From the NCBI RefSeq assembly GCF_024521635.1, contig NW_026250408.1, positions 62,001 to 126,000 on the forward strand: DNA of 64,000 nucleotides, in the 5' to 3' direction. Positions 39,350 through 53,343 of the stretch are shown here, piece by piece. The notes below the pieces were generated by a model that did no database searches, was not told the origin of the DNA, and worked only from the letters and a program-made list of their open reading frames with translations. The stretch comes from Tricharina praecox. Its lineage: Eukaryota. The position numbers and the translations under genes are program-made. Positions within the stretch are counted from its first letter, which is position 1. Every line of letters begins with the position of its first letter.

Positions 39350-40372
39350 ATGCTACTTGCAGACCGTGCCTGGCGGGTTGCAGATCAACCGAGACGAGTC
39401 GATGGTTGCTTTATACAGCCAGCCGACCTTTTGCCATCCGTATCTTCGTTGGGGGGTGTAAATGGTGTCTCGGGTGAGCCCATGACTCCCACTCCATCGG
39501 ACAAAGACACTCTGGCACCCGCCGCGATAGGAAACGAAGAGAGGCAGGACTACGTTGTGGTACCACCTCAGCCGTGGCTGAATGGTATTGCCACCAGCCC
39601 CGGGGTTGTCAAACAGTTCGTGGCTGTGCCTTATAAGTTGGGCTACTCTGTCGAACATCAGGTGAAATACTCCCCCCGATTACATGGCAGTTTGAAACCA
39701 TCGCTGACTTCATGCGAAGGTTACCGGCTCGGAAACGGTTAGAGGAATTGAGTTTGAGATCATACCGAGCTTTACCCTATGGAAACCGAGCTTTGCCCTA
39801 TGGGATGAATCTAGCGTCCATCGCAGAGCGCCTAGGTTGCTCGGAACACCAAGAGAGGCCGGTTTTTAACCAGGATCGGTGATACCCTCCAGCGCAAACT
39901 TAAAGACTCCAACGGTTGCCGATTACGGCATCGTTCGAGGGTCGATAATCGATTTGATTTTAACGCTGAGGGGAGGCTATGCGCAATCGCACGAGATGGC
40001 AGTCGGAGCTGGCGGTACGATCAAGCAGGGTATCTGGAAAGACCCACATTCTCCCCGACTTTGGAACACAGGGCGCGCCAAGCTCCTCATCGTACAAGTT
40101 CTCAACGCCACCGCGTTTGAGGCGATCACCGGCATGCCGACTTCTCCCACGCCCATCGAGTACAAGACGTATGCGAACTTGGAATGCCTTTCTTTGATAT
40201 CTACAACGAACAGCCCTCCAATGTCGCTGGATCATTCACGAAGGTCCGGACTCTGGCCGAGATAGACGGGCTCGAAGAAACCACGAAACAGCTGCCAGTG
40301 ACAATGCTCTCAATGGACGACATCCTCAGAGATAGAGCTCCATTTCACCCAAACGGGGAGGGGGGTCACTAG
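39350..40372 (+). pseudogene. Pseudogene of the fungal family with an embedded ubiquitin-like segment (5' end uncertain)
   Basis: QDYVVVPPQPWLNGIATSPGVVKQFVAVP...YSVEHQ|VTG; TVADYGI...IDLILTLRGG; EMAVGAGGTIKQGI; FEAITG..PTPI. In-frame TAA at 39867-39869 and a frameshift near 40181. Confidence 0.65.
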
Positions 40373-42144
40373 AAGCTAAGTCGAGCTGCAAGGCTGTGTA
40401 GTCTTTGTCAATCCCGTTCCCTCATTTCCTACGATCACATCTTTCCTATTTCTTTCCACTAAACTGATTATTTCTACTTTGTTTCTTTGGGATGTAATCA
40501 GTGTCTTTTCTGTTACAAAGCTCCTAGGTATATGTGCTCTATCTACAATGAATTTGAATTCGATCGTTCTTACCATTCCAAACAGATTGTTTCGTCTTGC
40601 TTATGCGTAGTCACGCGATGTTTCCATAGCTAAAACACCGTCTATCTTTGCGTTTCGTGCACATTAAAGCACGTCTCCAGATTCTAAACCATCATATGTG
40701 GGGCTTCCATCGTAGTCGCGTATTTTTCAGTTGATTCAGGCTACAGGTTTTCATATCGAAACAAGCTGGTACTGTGGAAATACTCCCATCGAGCGAGCCG
40801 CTCACACAGCGAGGAACTTAAAGGCTTACTATTCCAGGTTCTTACAACAATGGTTGGCAGTCAGTATTCCGGAATCGTTTTCGGAATCGTCTGCCGTCAC
40901 CAGGGGTCACTCGTAGTCGAGTGGTGACCAGTGCTCCAAATCTCTGGTCAAGTACGATTTCCAATTCCCAACCGACTTTTCTTTCGTAGTAGGGAAAGCG
41001 TCAGAGTATCGGACGTCCGGAGATGGCATGGTCCGTGCGGGGTATCCGAGCGCGGGAGACCTACCTTTCGTAGGGATTGATGTTCAGGTACTCTGGTTGG
41101 TGAACACTGAAGCTTGTATATAGAGAGCTCGTTTCTCACGATATTGTTGCTGTACCGAATTTATTATCTACTTCTACCTACCTACCTCATTATTCAATGG
41201 GGAAAACGCCGATCGGGAGAACTGTACTCGCTTCCAATACTGTTACCACCGGCTACAACTGTAACGTGTGTTGCACCCCCGCCCGACACCCGAGGCAGGA
41301 CCAGTCCACGCCGATTTGGCCCGTGCCGCGTGTTGTATGCAGTTCTGTCACGTAATAAGGGCGTCCTCAGATAAGCTGTAATGCAACCGACTTTGCTCGT
41401 GTTTTCTCTGTTGTTCTCGGGTCTCTCATTCGACATGTGTTTGTACCGTCCTTTTTAACTGTACCGAATGGTTGCGAATCGCTCAGAATCGCCGGTGTAG
41501 GTATATCACCTATTGCCTTTGGCCGGGTTTGTTTCAATACCCACATAGTATACCGTAGTTGTCTCTCAGTATTCACGTTATTATTAGAAGTCTACTGTTA
41601 ATTTACTTCAACCCAGAGATGTAGTAGGTAACTCTACGCTCCCTTCACTCGGGTGTGGTCTCAAAATCTCGAGGCCGGCAATACGGCCGCGGCCACCCGA
41701 GCGGCCCATCCTTGAGGGACTACGTCTTCACTGTTCTCTGTTGTTCTATATCCGAGTGGTTCGGGTTGCCTCCAGTAATCGATACGCCCGGTTTTAGTCA
41801 ATCATCCTTCCCGGAATTCTTTAACACATGATGCATCACGGCCGACGACTTGGTCATCGCCTCTCCTGACGACTCTGTCGCACCCTAAATAGGTAAAAAC
41901 GCCGTGCCGATCCGGTGGAGTTGCCCTGCCCTTGACGATTCGCCATCAGCCCATCGTGCTATTCAACAGAACTCTCGTCACGATACCCGGTGTGGTTTTC
42001 CTTCACTCCTCTTCCTCGCTTCTCATCCTCCACATCATCCTCCGCTATCCGCCTCCATCCTCCGCCGTCCTCCCCCATCATACTCCTCTATTCCCTCGCC
42101 CCCGCACCTTCCCCCCCCCCCCAAACAATCTCCCCGATCCAATC

Positions 42145-43067
42145 ATGCAGTCTAATATTTCGCAACATGGCAACACGCCCTCCGGCTGTCCTGGTGGGGA
42201 TCAACTCGATAGCTCGGCCAGACAGTTCCAATTCTACCAGGCTCCGTACCAGAAGACGTACAGGACGCCGAGGGCCTCGTTTACCCTATTCCCGGACACC
42301 ATCAACGAGCCGTTAGCACCTCCTGGCTCTTTGGCGATTCCAGTGGCCCCGCCGCTGCCGAGATGTCTGGGTGGGACTGATAGTACGTATTTGTCGTTAC
42401 TCGTCGCGGCCAAGATCTACATTCTAATGTCTTAGATTTCACATTCATGAAGCGCGGCGTTTGGTACTACACTCACCATCCACATGTACGCGCAATCTGG
42501 CCTGAGGTGGAGGATGAGAAGAAGGACGATCGCACCAATGCCGACTCCATCCCCTCGACCAACGGATCCAGCGACAACGACACCATGGCCAAGTCATTCC
42601 CACCCGGCCCCTTCTCCCAGCATTTGGCCTGGTGCCTTTCTAACAGCTACCGAAAGCCCAACATCACGGATACACAGAAGCCAGGCCTCCATGGCGCTCT
42701 CAACCGCAACCTCGAGAACGGCATGGCCGGCGAGGAGACTCCGGTCGATACTTCCGCCGTCCAAGCAAGGTCCAAGTACCACTTCCACCATGATGTCACA
42801 GCTCCTATGGAACAACGCTTCGCATGCGTCTGGGGTGCTCAGGTCGGTCTTCGTCTTCCGCGTCTGGGCCTCCGTGAATTCCAGTTGCCGGTGATTATGG
42901 AGGAGGTGTCGGAGACGGTCACGGAGGAGGTGTCGGAGACGGTCGCGGAGGAGGCGGCGGAGCCGGTCACGGAGGAGGAGGCTCAAGAGGAAGCGGGAGG
43001 CAGTGGGGAGACTTCGATGTTCAAATTGACAAAGTCTTCGGCTTTTGACTTTAGCTTCCCCCGATGA
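42145..43067 (+). CDS. Hypothetical protein (~290 aa); 2 exons
   Basis: ATG 42145; phase-1 intron 42383-42435 (gtacgt...tctaat...tag) joins in frame to ORF 42447-43067; acidic EEVSETVT repeats. Confidence 0.6.
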
Positions 43068-43428
43068 GTCAATGGTTGGGCCACGGTTCCGCATTCTGAT
43101 ACGCGCATACCTAGCTGACTACATAACTCATCACTCGGCAAGGATATGCTTTTCTGTGACTCCCACGTTTGACTTTCTTGTTCGTTTTCTCGATCCATTA
43201 AGCTTTTGATCTTCTTTAAATAAGCTAGCGAGGTGTGCTCCCATTTAGTGTATTTTTGTTTCACCAGCTCTCGACCTGTGTTCCCATGTTCACAGTTCTC
43301 ACGCAACCGCAACCGCAACACCTGCCATCATCGACCACAACCCGCGTGTTTTATCTGCCCCCACCACCCCCTACCCACGTCGCCTACTCCCTCCTCCTTT
43401 AGTGTACTGCTGAAGAGCATTCAACAAG

Positions 43429-45882
43429 ATGGAGCTACCAGCAAGCCCCATACCTTCAGCTCGCGATTCTCATCGGAGTTCACGATCCACGAACTTGAGT
43501 TCCACGTTGGAGGAGACTCCTCACCTTGAGAGTCAGACCCGTGATGAAATGGTGACGGATGAAGGAACTGGAATCCCAACAAGTCTATCATACAAAAATA
43601 GTGATGACACTCTCTGTGCATTCCCGGCTGTTGCTAAGACCTCTCTTCTCGGCGTTGAGGACGACCGAACGAAGCCCCCGAAGGCAGCTATGGTCCGAAC
43701 ACCTCCTTGGGAAGATCAAATACCGTTCAAGACACAAACTTCCAGCAAGATCCGGCCGTCCAGCGAACATACCGTCGGCATGGCGGTGACTCTGAACCCC
43801 CTTGCTCGTTCATCCCGGCGGAAGACTGCACCCCAGACAGGCGATTCAGCCTTCAACGATGCCATTGTGCTCCGTGATGTTACTACTGATTCCTTCTCTG
43901 CCAATACTCAGCGCACCTACCCCTCTTCCTTGACCGTCGTGGACTCTCCGAATGCCGAAGCATCGATGCTGTCGCTGGCGCTGTCCGCGATGCCACCCCT
44001 CACGCGCTCGCCGTCCCTCTTCCACTCCGACGAATCGTGCCCCCTCCACTCCGACGAATCCATCCATCACCCGCCACCAAGTAGCACTTACTCCTCTTCC
44101 CCGGAAGATTCAAACACCGACAGTGATCTCCGCGCTTCAGACAGCAATTCAACTCTCTTCGAGGCCCCGCCCCCCCAGAGTTCCACCTTCTTTCGTCATC
44201 CGCTGTTCCTACAGTGGCTCGAGGACCAGCCGGCTCGCAGGGAGGGGGAGAGGCTTTGGGCGGCAAAAGAAGATGATCTACTACAGCCGATGCTGGCTAA
44301 ACTACGTGCCGTGGGTGGTGGACGGGAACGCGTCGAGGAGTTGGAGCAGCGCAGGAGGGATAGGTACATCGAGGAGCTCCGGGCTGCGGCAGTATTGGAG
44401 GTGGGAGAGGAGATTGTGGACTTTGTTCACCGGGGGTCACACCGGCCAGCCGGACGCACTACTCACAGCCGTGGTGAAGATTGTGATGATTACGGTGAAG
44501 AGGAACTTCAGACTGAAGAGATGGGTATGGTGAAGCAGAAGGCGAGTGATCACTCGGCTCTTCCCGATGAGCAGAATCCATTTGAGAGTGAAGAAATAGC
44601 AGTGATGAACGAGGGCCGTAGCCCGATCGTAGGGGAAGACTGCATTCCGTTGTGGTCTCACATCCAAACTCTGCGTGCTAGTCTCATCGCCGACGAGGAA
44701 GCGGAGGAGGTGAAGGCACGACATAAACTGCACCGCAACTTCTGCTTGTTCGAATCGCCAGATCAGCGATTTGGGTCGCCGCCTAGCACGGTTAGGAGCA
44801 CAGATTCAACTTCTCCTGAAATTAGCCTTGAAGGCTTGGAGTCTGTACCTCGATCGGACCGATTGGACCCGTCTTCGTAAGGCTCACCTTTTCCTTTCTT
44901 CTTTTTCGCTCTAACCAACTGCAGTGCTGTCGACCCTGCAAATAGAAGGGGGCTCTACACGCTTGCCAACCGCCGCTTTACGAAGTTGTCGACCCCTTCC
45001 TATCCCACTCGGTCCGAACGTCGCCAAAGTATCCTGGGTCAGAGCGCTACCTATCCCACTCAGTCCGAACGTCGTCGGAGTATCTTAAGTCAGAACACCT
45101 TCAATCCCCCTCAGCCCGAACGTCGCCGGAGTACCCTAGGTCGGGGTGCTTTCAATCCGAGCCGCAACCTAACCGCACCCCCCGTCTCCTGGTACGACAT
45201 CTTCGGCGACAGGTGGAGTGCCAACACACCGCCGCCGCCTCGCTACACACCGATGCCATCCACGTCACCGCCGTCCCCCATGGGTGTATCCAGCACTTCA
45301 CCGCACGATCTCCAGCCTCGCGGCCTGCCGCCGCCTTCAATCCCACCCAACGACATCAACCGCAACCCCCGCAATCCCTTCGCCGACCCAACTCGACCCC
45401 TGCGGTACCGCCAGGTCGATCCTGCGGCGGCGGCAGTTCTTCCGACCAATCCCTTCACCGACAGCCGCTACCCGATTCCCGCCCCACCCCCCACCCGCGA
45501 AAACAACACCGTCTTCATTCCGCGGGCTCCGCTGATCGACCTGATCCCCGACCGACCCCCGGAGCCGGAACCGGAGCACGCCTCGTCGTCCACGCGTATC
45601 CATGGCAAGCTCTCCTCGCTGTTCCGCAAGAGTGCTGGCGATGGCAAGAGTTCCCACCACAGCAAGGAGAATAGCTGTCCGTCGCTCCCTCACCGCCACC
45701 GCTCCCACGGCCGCCACGACAGTCAGGACAGGATGGAGACGCTAGAGACGCTAGAGGAGGCGCTGGTCAGGACTGTGAGCTACGATGCGGCCGCGGCACA
45801 GAAGGGAAAGAAGTCGCGCAGTGGAACCGCGCTGCTGGATAGGGCGAAGTCGATGAGGAAGCCGTGGAAGAAGGCGAAGTAA
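43429..45882 (+). CDS. Hypothetical Ser/Pro-rich protein (~800 aa); 2 exons
   Basis: Phase-2 intron 44877-44924 (gtaagg...ctaac...cag) joins ORFs 43429-44880 and 44986-45882 in frame. Confidence 0.7.
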
Positions 45883-46397
45883 TCAGGGTTTGTGTTGCAA
45901 AACTTCTTGCTTGATGCGCGGTTGTCTTGCATGATGGCCGGATTTCTGGTACCGATCATACCTGTATACCTGCTTCATAACTTCATGACTTCATACCTTG
46001 CTGCGGGCGTTTCATTGTTGAGCGGATATCTAAATGTTAGGTGTTTGAATGAATTGAGCGAGTGTCTTTTTCTGTTTCCTGTGGTTCATAGCTCTGCATA
46101 CATTGTACATACGGATTTGAAATCTTGTCGATGCTGGGTATGTTTGCCGAGTGATTGCTATGAACATTGTAGCGACCTGCTTATTGGGCTTTGGCCATGT
46201 TGTTTTAAACCTTGCGACTATTCCAGGCACTTCTCACGAGATCTACCTGGTGCATTTGTTTTAGCCATAGTCGGTGGTGACTCTGAAGAACCGGATCCGT
46301 CATAAGTTCTCGATGACGACGATTTGCCACGCCGAGTGATATCACATGATTCGCTGCAGCACATACATACCGCCTATTTACCGGTCGTCGAATACCG

Positions 46398-49041
46398 GTA
46401 CCATACATATGCCACGTTCTATCCTCTGTTTGCTCTTTCCTTCATATATATAGAGCAGTAAAAGCCGCGCCGCCGTATGCTCATTGCTCATTGCTCAATT
46501 CTCATTCCTCGCCTATTGCCATTGAATGCGTCCACCGTCCACTGCCCGCTGTCCAGTCCAGCTGCAGAGCTCCACGCGCAGGCCGCAGGCCGCATTCTGG
46601 CTTATCTGCAAGACTGCGAAGGAAGATTGCTATAGTTATGCCGCAGTTATGCCGCAGTTATGCCGCATGGGACTTAGGTAGGTTGTAACACCTCCACCTC
46701 CACTTCTACCTCCGCCTTTACCTCCACCTCCACCTCCACCCGGCTTGGCTCAGCTCAGCCCAGCTCAGCCCAGCCCAGCCGAGGTGAAGCAGCTGCCGAA
46801 GACTGAAGACTGAAGTAACAAGTTGAGTTCCCACGCAGTGCGCACAGAATGTGCCGCAAACGATCAGGTCTGCAATGGGGAGTACATCCGCCGTCCGCAC
46901 TACACAGAGGGAGCGGCATCACTTCGTCATCGACGCATCGAACCATCGGCCGGTGAGCTAGGAACTGGCCAGAAATTGAACAGAAACTGAACAGAAACTT
47001 GAAAGACAGTGGATACTGGACCTACTGTACCTACGGTACGGGTCTGGAGTTGGTAGGGGAACAGATCCCTGGGTTCTCGAGGTTCCGTTTCCACCGTTGC
47101 AATTGGCAATGTGATACCGGTGCCGAGGGTTAGTAGCGTTGGTATCTTCTGTGTGGTTTCGTTATCACTCGGAGCTTTCACACTAGTCAAACCATCAAAC
47201 TCGAAACCGGATTTCTTGTTTGACATTATCGCACTGCCCTAGCCGACACTGCAGATAGCCCTTTAAATGACAGGAAGAACACGTGTGAGTGAGTTAGGGT
47301 TCCGAGATCCAACCCCAAATAAGCCGTACGATCTACCACAAAACCAGCCGCAGCAAAGCTGCTCCCCTCTTCCTCTTTCTCTTAGATCACACTTCAACAC
47401 AACACACATCCTACCTAGCATCAATCCACCCACAGCCCTTCGGGGCAATATTTCCTACCCACTTTTCTTTCCCTACCTCACGCCTTTTCAATTCCCTTTT
47501 CCTTCCCGTCCTCACTCCCGCGAACAGACTTGGGTCGGCGCGGGAGGAAAGCCCTACGACATTAGGCGTGCCGCTTTCTCCCGTCGCACCGCATTGGGTT
47601 GGCCTCGTTTTTTGGGTATGTCTAACCATCCAGTGATATTAACAAGCTCGGGCAGTCGGCTAACATTGAGTGCGGGATATGATAGCACAATATTGCCTGC
47701 ATGTCCGGCGACCGGACGACGATGAAGAAGGAGAAGACAGCCACGGCGTCCCCCCAGATACCGGGAGGTTAATGGACACAAGAAGATCCAGAGAGAAAAC
47801 TACCCCGGTAGTCTTGGGGGTGCAACCAGCAGGATCTGGGCTGCACGCTGGCAGGTGATTTCTCACCATCGCTTCCAATTTCACACAGCGCTGTCTTTTC
47901 GATCACCTTCGATGGTGGGTATTCTTCAGTTCCAGATGTCGATTTCTCACTGCTAACGATTCACTGCAGGATTCAGGCCTACGGCCGTCCCTACCTGGAG
48001 GTGAGGCCAAATTTATCCGCACCGGCAATACCGAAGACAACCAAGACAATCAACTGGATATGATCACGATCAAGTTCTTACATTTGTGGATGGATTCCTT
48101 TGGAGCGTACCGCAATAATTATCCCTCCAGCCAGGAGAGCTTCGCACTATTTTTGCGGGTTCAGTTGCGTGGGCGCTGGCAGACTCCCGGACCCCGATCC
48201 GGAGGCGCCAATGCCCACGCCGCTGCGCCGATGCCTCGCAGCGACAGCTGCATCCCTCACAATCCAGTGTCACTCCCCACCGATGCTCGCGTCGGTCGGG
48301 TCGAAGAACGGAAAGCCGGCCGAAAACTATGATACGATACCGAAACGATGGAATCATTTCCGTCGTCTGTCGCCGCCTGCCACCGATTCATCTGCGGCTG
48401 TGCCGCGTTCCGCAGAACGAAGAAGAGACGGTCAGACTGGCGGTTGGAGGTCTCAAGGAATCCACAGGTACCCAGTACGGGGAGGCGGAAAAAGCGGAGA
48501 GGGATGAGGGAGAGCGAGACTCCCCCTCGCTGCCAGACACCTTGTCGGTGGGGGGGTGGGTGGGTGGGTGGCCGAGCACATGGCAGCCCACACGATGACC
48601 TTTTCTGGTGGGCGGACGATGCTAATGCGCATCCGTACGGTGACCCGGCGGGGGCTGGGAGTGGTTGGATCAGCTGGCAGCAAAGCCGCGGGTCGGCTGC
48701 AGCCTTCGCGAGCAGTGATGAGTTTCGCTGGATTGCTTGATTTTTTTGGTTTCTGCTGTGTTTTTTCTGTGATTTGGTTTTGGTTTTGGTTTTGGTTTTG
48801 GTTTTGGTTTTGGTTTTGGTTTTGGTTTTGGTTTTGTTTTCTGCTGCGTTTTTGGTTTTGTCTTGCTTTTTGTTTGGCGGTTGCCAGGAATACATGTTGT
48901 TGCTGGGTTATTGTATTACTGCTTGGATTACAATGAATGTTTGGCATATAGGTACTTGGGTCTGAGTTAAAAGTCGATTTCTGCGGCCTGTGGCTTACGG
49001 ATCGAGTGACAGTTGACACTCCATTCGCGGGTTGGACGAAC
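46398..49041 (+). repeat. Copy 1 (order A-B) of a ~2.6 kb duplicated segment containing a decayed multi-exon gene
   Basis: A = ~46398-47025 and B = ~47026-49041, both matching the reverse strand of 54506-57068. Conserved intron-like signals at ~47616-47685 and ~47915-47969. Confidence 0.85.
48773..48836. repeat. (TTTTGG)~10 microsatellite
   Basis: Direct reading; absent as a pure array from the paralogous position near 55390-55430. Confidence 0.9.
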
Positions 49042-50071
49042 TACCTGCACGATCTCCGTCTCCGTCTCTGCTCTAATTGATTGGCGACTAAATACAAACC
49101 GCATACACGAAAACACATCGTAGCTTTATCACTTCCGTACCTAAGTTCTTACCTCATCGAGTCCCAAGTTGAAAATAGCTACACCACCGAGCCTAGGTAC
49201 CTAGGTAAGTACTTTTCCTCCTCGAGCTAGCTGCACTGCCTTCCGTAATTGTAGGTGTTCCGGCCATTTCCGAGCTGTCCATGTACTGCCATATCTAGTT
49301 ATGCGGCAGAATGATGATCTCACAACACACTACCTAGTAGACAAGACCGGTGGAATCGCAGTGAGCGAGTGACTCCCTATGCGGGAACGTCGGCAGTTGA
49401 CTGTTGACTGTTACTGTTGAGACTCGAGAGCGTAGACACTACTACTACTACCACCTACCACCTACCTAGTAGTAACGGGACCCTGCGCATGGAGGGGCCG
49501 CGAGGCCGCGACTGGTAAAGAGGAATACCGGTACCTAGTTCTCATTCTCGTTCCTCCTCCATGTTCGTACCACGGATCCGGAAGACAAGAGAAGGTTGAA
49601 ACATTTTTTTCCGCTGCCTGTTTCGGCGAGCTATATGTGGTTAGCGGGATCGAACAGGAGATAGTAAATAGATACAGGGCCGTCGGGTGCTTGCAGAGAT
49701 GATAGATCTCGATTGTGACCACTGACCACTGACCAGTGACCGCCGAAGGAAGGAAGGGGGTCGATCTCTCATCCGCCGGAGTCCAGTCTTTTTCACACAT
49801 AAGTCTGGTATGTATGTAGAAACGTACGCAATTTGTATGTCTTTTGCCCAGGTGGGTTGTCGGCTGGAAGACTCGGCCGCGAGACTCGGCCCCAACCCAC
49901 GAAAGAACACTCAAACTATCTGAGCCACGAAGTCCCGTACATTGTGTTGTGCATCTGCCACGACTCCTCGCCGCGTTAGTTTGTAGTGTGGGGAGCGGAG
50001 GGGTATATAGTAGGTGGGGAGCGGGGGGGATAGTTGGGTTGAGGGTGGGGCCAAAACGGGCAAAAAAGGAA

Positions 50072-50143
50072 TGACCCCGACGCGATTTGAACGCGCAACC
50101 TTCAGGTCTGGAATCTGACGCGCTACCATTGCGCCACGGAGTC
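50072..50143 (-). tRNA. tRNA-Trp(CCA), intronless
   Basis: GACTCCGTGGCGCAATGGTAGCGCGTCAGATTCCAGACCTGAAGGTTGCGCGTTCAAATCGCGTCGGGGTCA folds as a cloverleaf with A and B boxes, anticodon CCA, and a T6 Pol III terminator just downstream. Confidence 0.93.
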
Positions 50144-52301
50144 TTCTGTGTGTGACAGTGGTTCGACAAAAATATGACATCATTTTAGCCTCACGAGTTG
50201 CAGCAAGGTACTGCAGGTGGGGCAACGACCTCCGCCGGAGGTGACAGGTTGATCTGGAGCGCGGCCGTATGCATACGCTCGCCGCTTCGTAAACTCGCAG
50301 GGGGAATATGGAAAGTCTTTGGGTGGGGTAGACAAATCTACTGAGTTCAATCAGCTCGGCATGGAACCTTAATAGGTATATGAGTTTCTTTCGGAGCCTG
50401 AGTGCCATAGACTTCTGGATAGGTACAAGGCGCGCGCCTAAATGCGGTATGTATGTAAGAGAGGAATTCCAGATCTAGACCGTTTCTGTATGTGCACCCA
50501 GTGCGCAGACACGCCTCGTGTCGGCGATTTACGGTATTATACTCTCACCCCGGATCGGAGATTCGGCGATAGCCTTTGTGGTGAAGTTCGTTCTAGATCT
50601 GTGGGCACTGGGCTAGGGTGCAGGTTTCCGACGGGATAAACCATATGTACCCGATGCGCATGGTACTTTGTACGCGTAGATTGTGATCGTGTTTATACTT
50701 TCTCACCCTCGAAACCTTGCGTTCGACGGCTTCAGCGACTGCAGCTTTCACGCTTATGTCAGCCGTTGGGTCGCGTGAGGATCAAAGATAAGATCGAGAC
50801 CCAGAGATAATACCCGGGCCAAAGACAAGATAAGATAAGACAACCGATTCGTGCGCAGCCTTCCATACAGCCTGAATACGAGTAGAGATCTTCCCGGTAA
50901 ACTGCAGCCTTACGCTAATCTTCAACAACGCGCACGCGAGAGTCGATGCCTAGATCGTATGCAGGTCCCGCGAGGCAGGTCCCGCGAGGTACCTCGGGAT
51001 TGTCGTGAATTTGTGGGCTGTTTATACGGCTCTCCATTGTTTGGACTTTGGGCCAAACACGCGTTTCGCGGGAACTGATCGACGGTGAAGATCGCAAATT
51101 CCGGCCGTCTTGCGATCGCAACAGGTGGATGATTTCTGAGAGAGAGAGAACATCATATTGACTGTCGAAACGACGTCGCGCGAGTGACAGTTGACACAAC
51201 ACCCATCCCGCTTGCAGCAAGGCCGACTCCCGAGTGGTTCCTGCACCCCACTCGACACCTTGTCGCGGATCCAACAGTTTTTTTTCGCGGCTAACCCATC
51301 TACGGTTACGCTCTCGCCATCGGCTTCTCCGCCTTTTCTCCCATCGCCTAGGCCACGATCTTTATCGAGCCCGTTTCCCAGGCCGGCCGTACCGATGCCG
51401 AGGTAACTCGACCCCTGCTTCCCATCCCTCTCGCGGAGAAATTCGCCGAGTCCACGCCAGCAGGTGGAGGGGAAGAAAAGGGCGGTTAAACAAGCGTTTT
51501 TCAGCCGCGGATGAGGTTGAGGAGGGGAGGGCCAGCTGCAGCTCTAGACGTGCTGTTCGTCTCGTCATCCTGCAGGGAGAGAGCCCAACAAAGCTCAACC
51601 GATGCCGTTGGCCACGGTTGGGGCCGAGCGGGGTGTTGGTTCCAGGATATTGCAGTAGCACGGACTCTGGAGATGATCCGTGAGGTGGCGTCGTCTCGTC
51701 GCGTCGCCCTCTCGCCGTCTGGTCGTGTCGTCGTCTCGTCCAGGCATCCGTATCGATACTCGTGCACACAAACTCTCGCGAGCTCTCCTCATTGACGAAT
51801 CTGCTGAAGAATGGCTAAATTCCAGCAGCAACAAAATGCATGCCAGTCAGCCGTGCCGCACCGTCCCTCCCTCAAATCCTGGGAAAAGCGGAGTTTCGAA
51901 CACGGTGCGGCTTGGCACGCACCCGCGTCTTCGGAGCAGTTTTGTTGGGAGAACTCAGAGTCGCTAACCCAATTGCTGCCCGGCGCTCAACAGAAAAAAA
52001 AAGAAAGAAAAAAGAAAAGAAAGAAAAAAAACTCTAAGCGAACAGCTATCGCCCTGTCCAAGACATCGCCGTCAGCTAGGGACCAACCACGACGCTCTTT
52101 ATACTTTTCTCGCCTTCCCCCCTCCTCTCTGGCCGCCCGGCTTCTCCTGCTCGTCGCTTCCTGCCTCCCCCACACTAGCCCCCAAGCTCTCAACAGTTCG
52201 CCGCGTCCAAGAACCCGCCAGTTGCTCATATACAGCCTCAGGCTCCACCAGAATTCATCCAGATCTCCTCATCGTCAGTCTCGTCCACAGCAGCAGAAAA
52301 G

Positions 52302-53343
52302 ATGGCCATCACTCTGAGCAGCATCCACCTGGCGCTTCCGGCTTCTCCCTTCACCCCTGAGTTCCACGCCGGACAGCCGTCGCTCGTCGTCCCCCAGCAC
52401 GTGCCAATCCCGGCAGACATCTACGCTGCCCTCCTCGATGTCCGTGTGCCGCTCACCATTGCCGCTGTCTACGCCGTATCCGCGCACCTGCTGAACCACT
52501 GCGCCAACGGCCAACCCTACGCGATCGCAAAGACCCGGCTCTTCAAGGCGTTCGTCGTTGCGCACAACATCTTCCTCGCCGTTTACTCGGCATGGACGTT
52601 CGTCGGCATGGTCCGTGGCCTGCACCACGCCCTCGACAAGAGCAGCTTGCCCAATGCCATCGGTAGTCTGTGCAAGATCCGCCAGGAGACCCGCGGCGTG
52701 TTGATGATGGGCAACGGAACGTCGACTGGGATCGAGGGCTCGTTTGACGGCGTGCCGATGGAGGGCCTGTGGGAGGGTGCGCTCGCCTGGTACGGCTGGT
52801 GGTTCTACCTCAGCAAGTTCTACGAGGTCATCGACACCGCCGTCATCCTCCTCAAGGGCCGCAAGAGCAGCTTGTTGCAGACATACCATCACGCCGGCGC
52901 TATGATCTGCATGTGGGCTGGTATCCGGTATGTTCCCCTCCATTTCTCGCGCAGCTATCGTGATCCTGCGCTAACTCTTTCCTCGCAGCTACATGGCACC
53001 CCCGATCTGGATCTTCTGCATCTTCAACAGCCTGATCCACGCATTGATGTACACGTACTACACACTGACGGGGCTTCACATCCGGGTGCCGGCGCTGCTG
53101 AAGCAGTCGCTCACCACACTGCAGATCACGCAGTTCATCGTCGGCGGCTCCTTCGCCGCGCTGCACCTGTTCGTCAAGCTCGACAAGGAAACCCCCTGCC
53201 TCAGCAATTCGGGCGAGATCTTTGCCACCTTCACCAACTGCTTCTACCTCGCCCCTCTCACCTACCTGTTCGTCGCGTTCTTTGTCGAGTCCTACACTAA
53301 GAAGGGAAGCAAGGCGCGGGAGGGCGCGAAGAAGTCGCAGTAA
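52302..53343 (+). CDS. GNS1/SUR4 (ELO) family fatty-acid elongase; 2 exons
   Basis: FYLSKFYEVIDT, LQTYHH box, FNSLIHALMYTYY, TTLQITQF, C-terminal KKSQ ER-retrieval motif; phase-2 intron 52928-52988. Confidence 0.92.

Noticed and set aside
41260..41826. Possible solo LTR (tgtaac...ttaaca)
   Set aside because: No TSD and no second copy in the window.
48773..48836. (TTTTGG)n as an interstitial telomere
   Set aside because: Not the usual ascomycete TTAGGG; it looks like a local expansion of a T/G-rich tract present in simpler form in the paralogous copy.
50100..50120. A-C mismatch at the base of the tRNA-Trp anticodon stem as a sign of a suppressor or pseudo-tRNA
   Set aside because: All other stems, the promoter boxes and the terminator are intact; a single mismatch is not enough.
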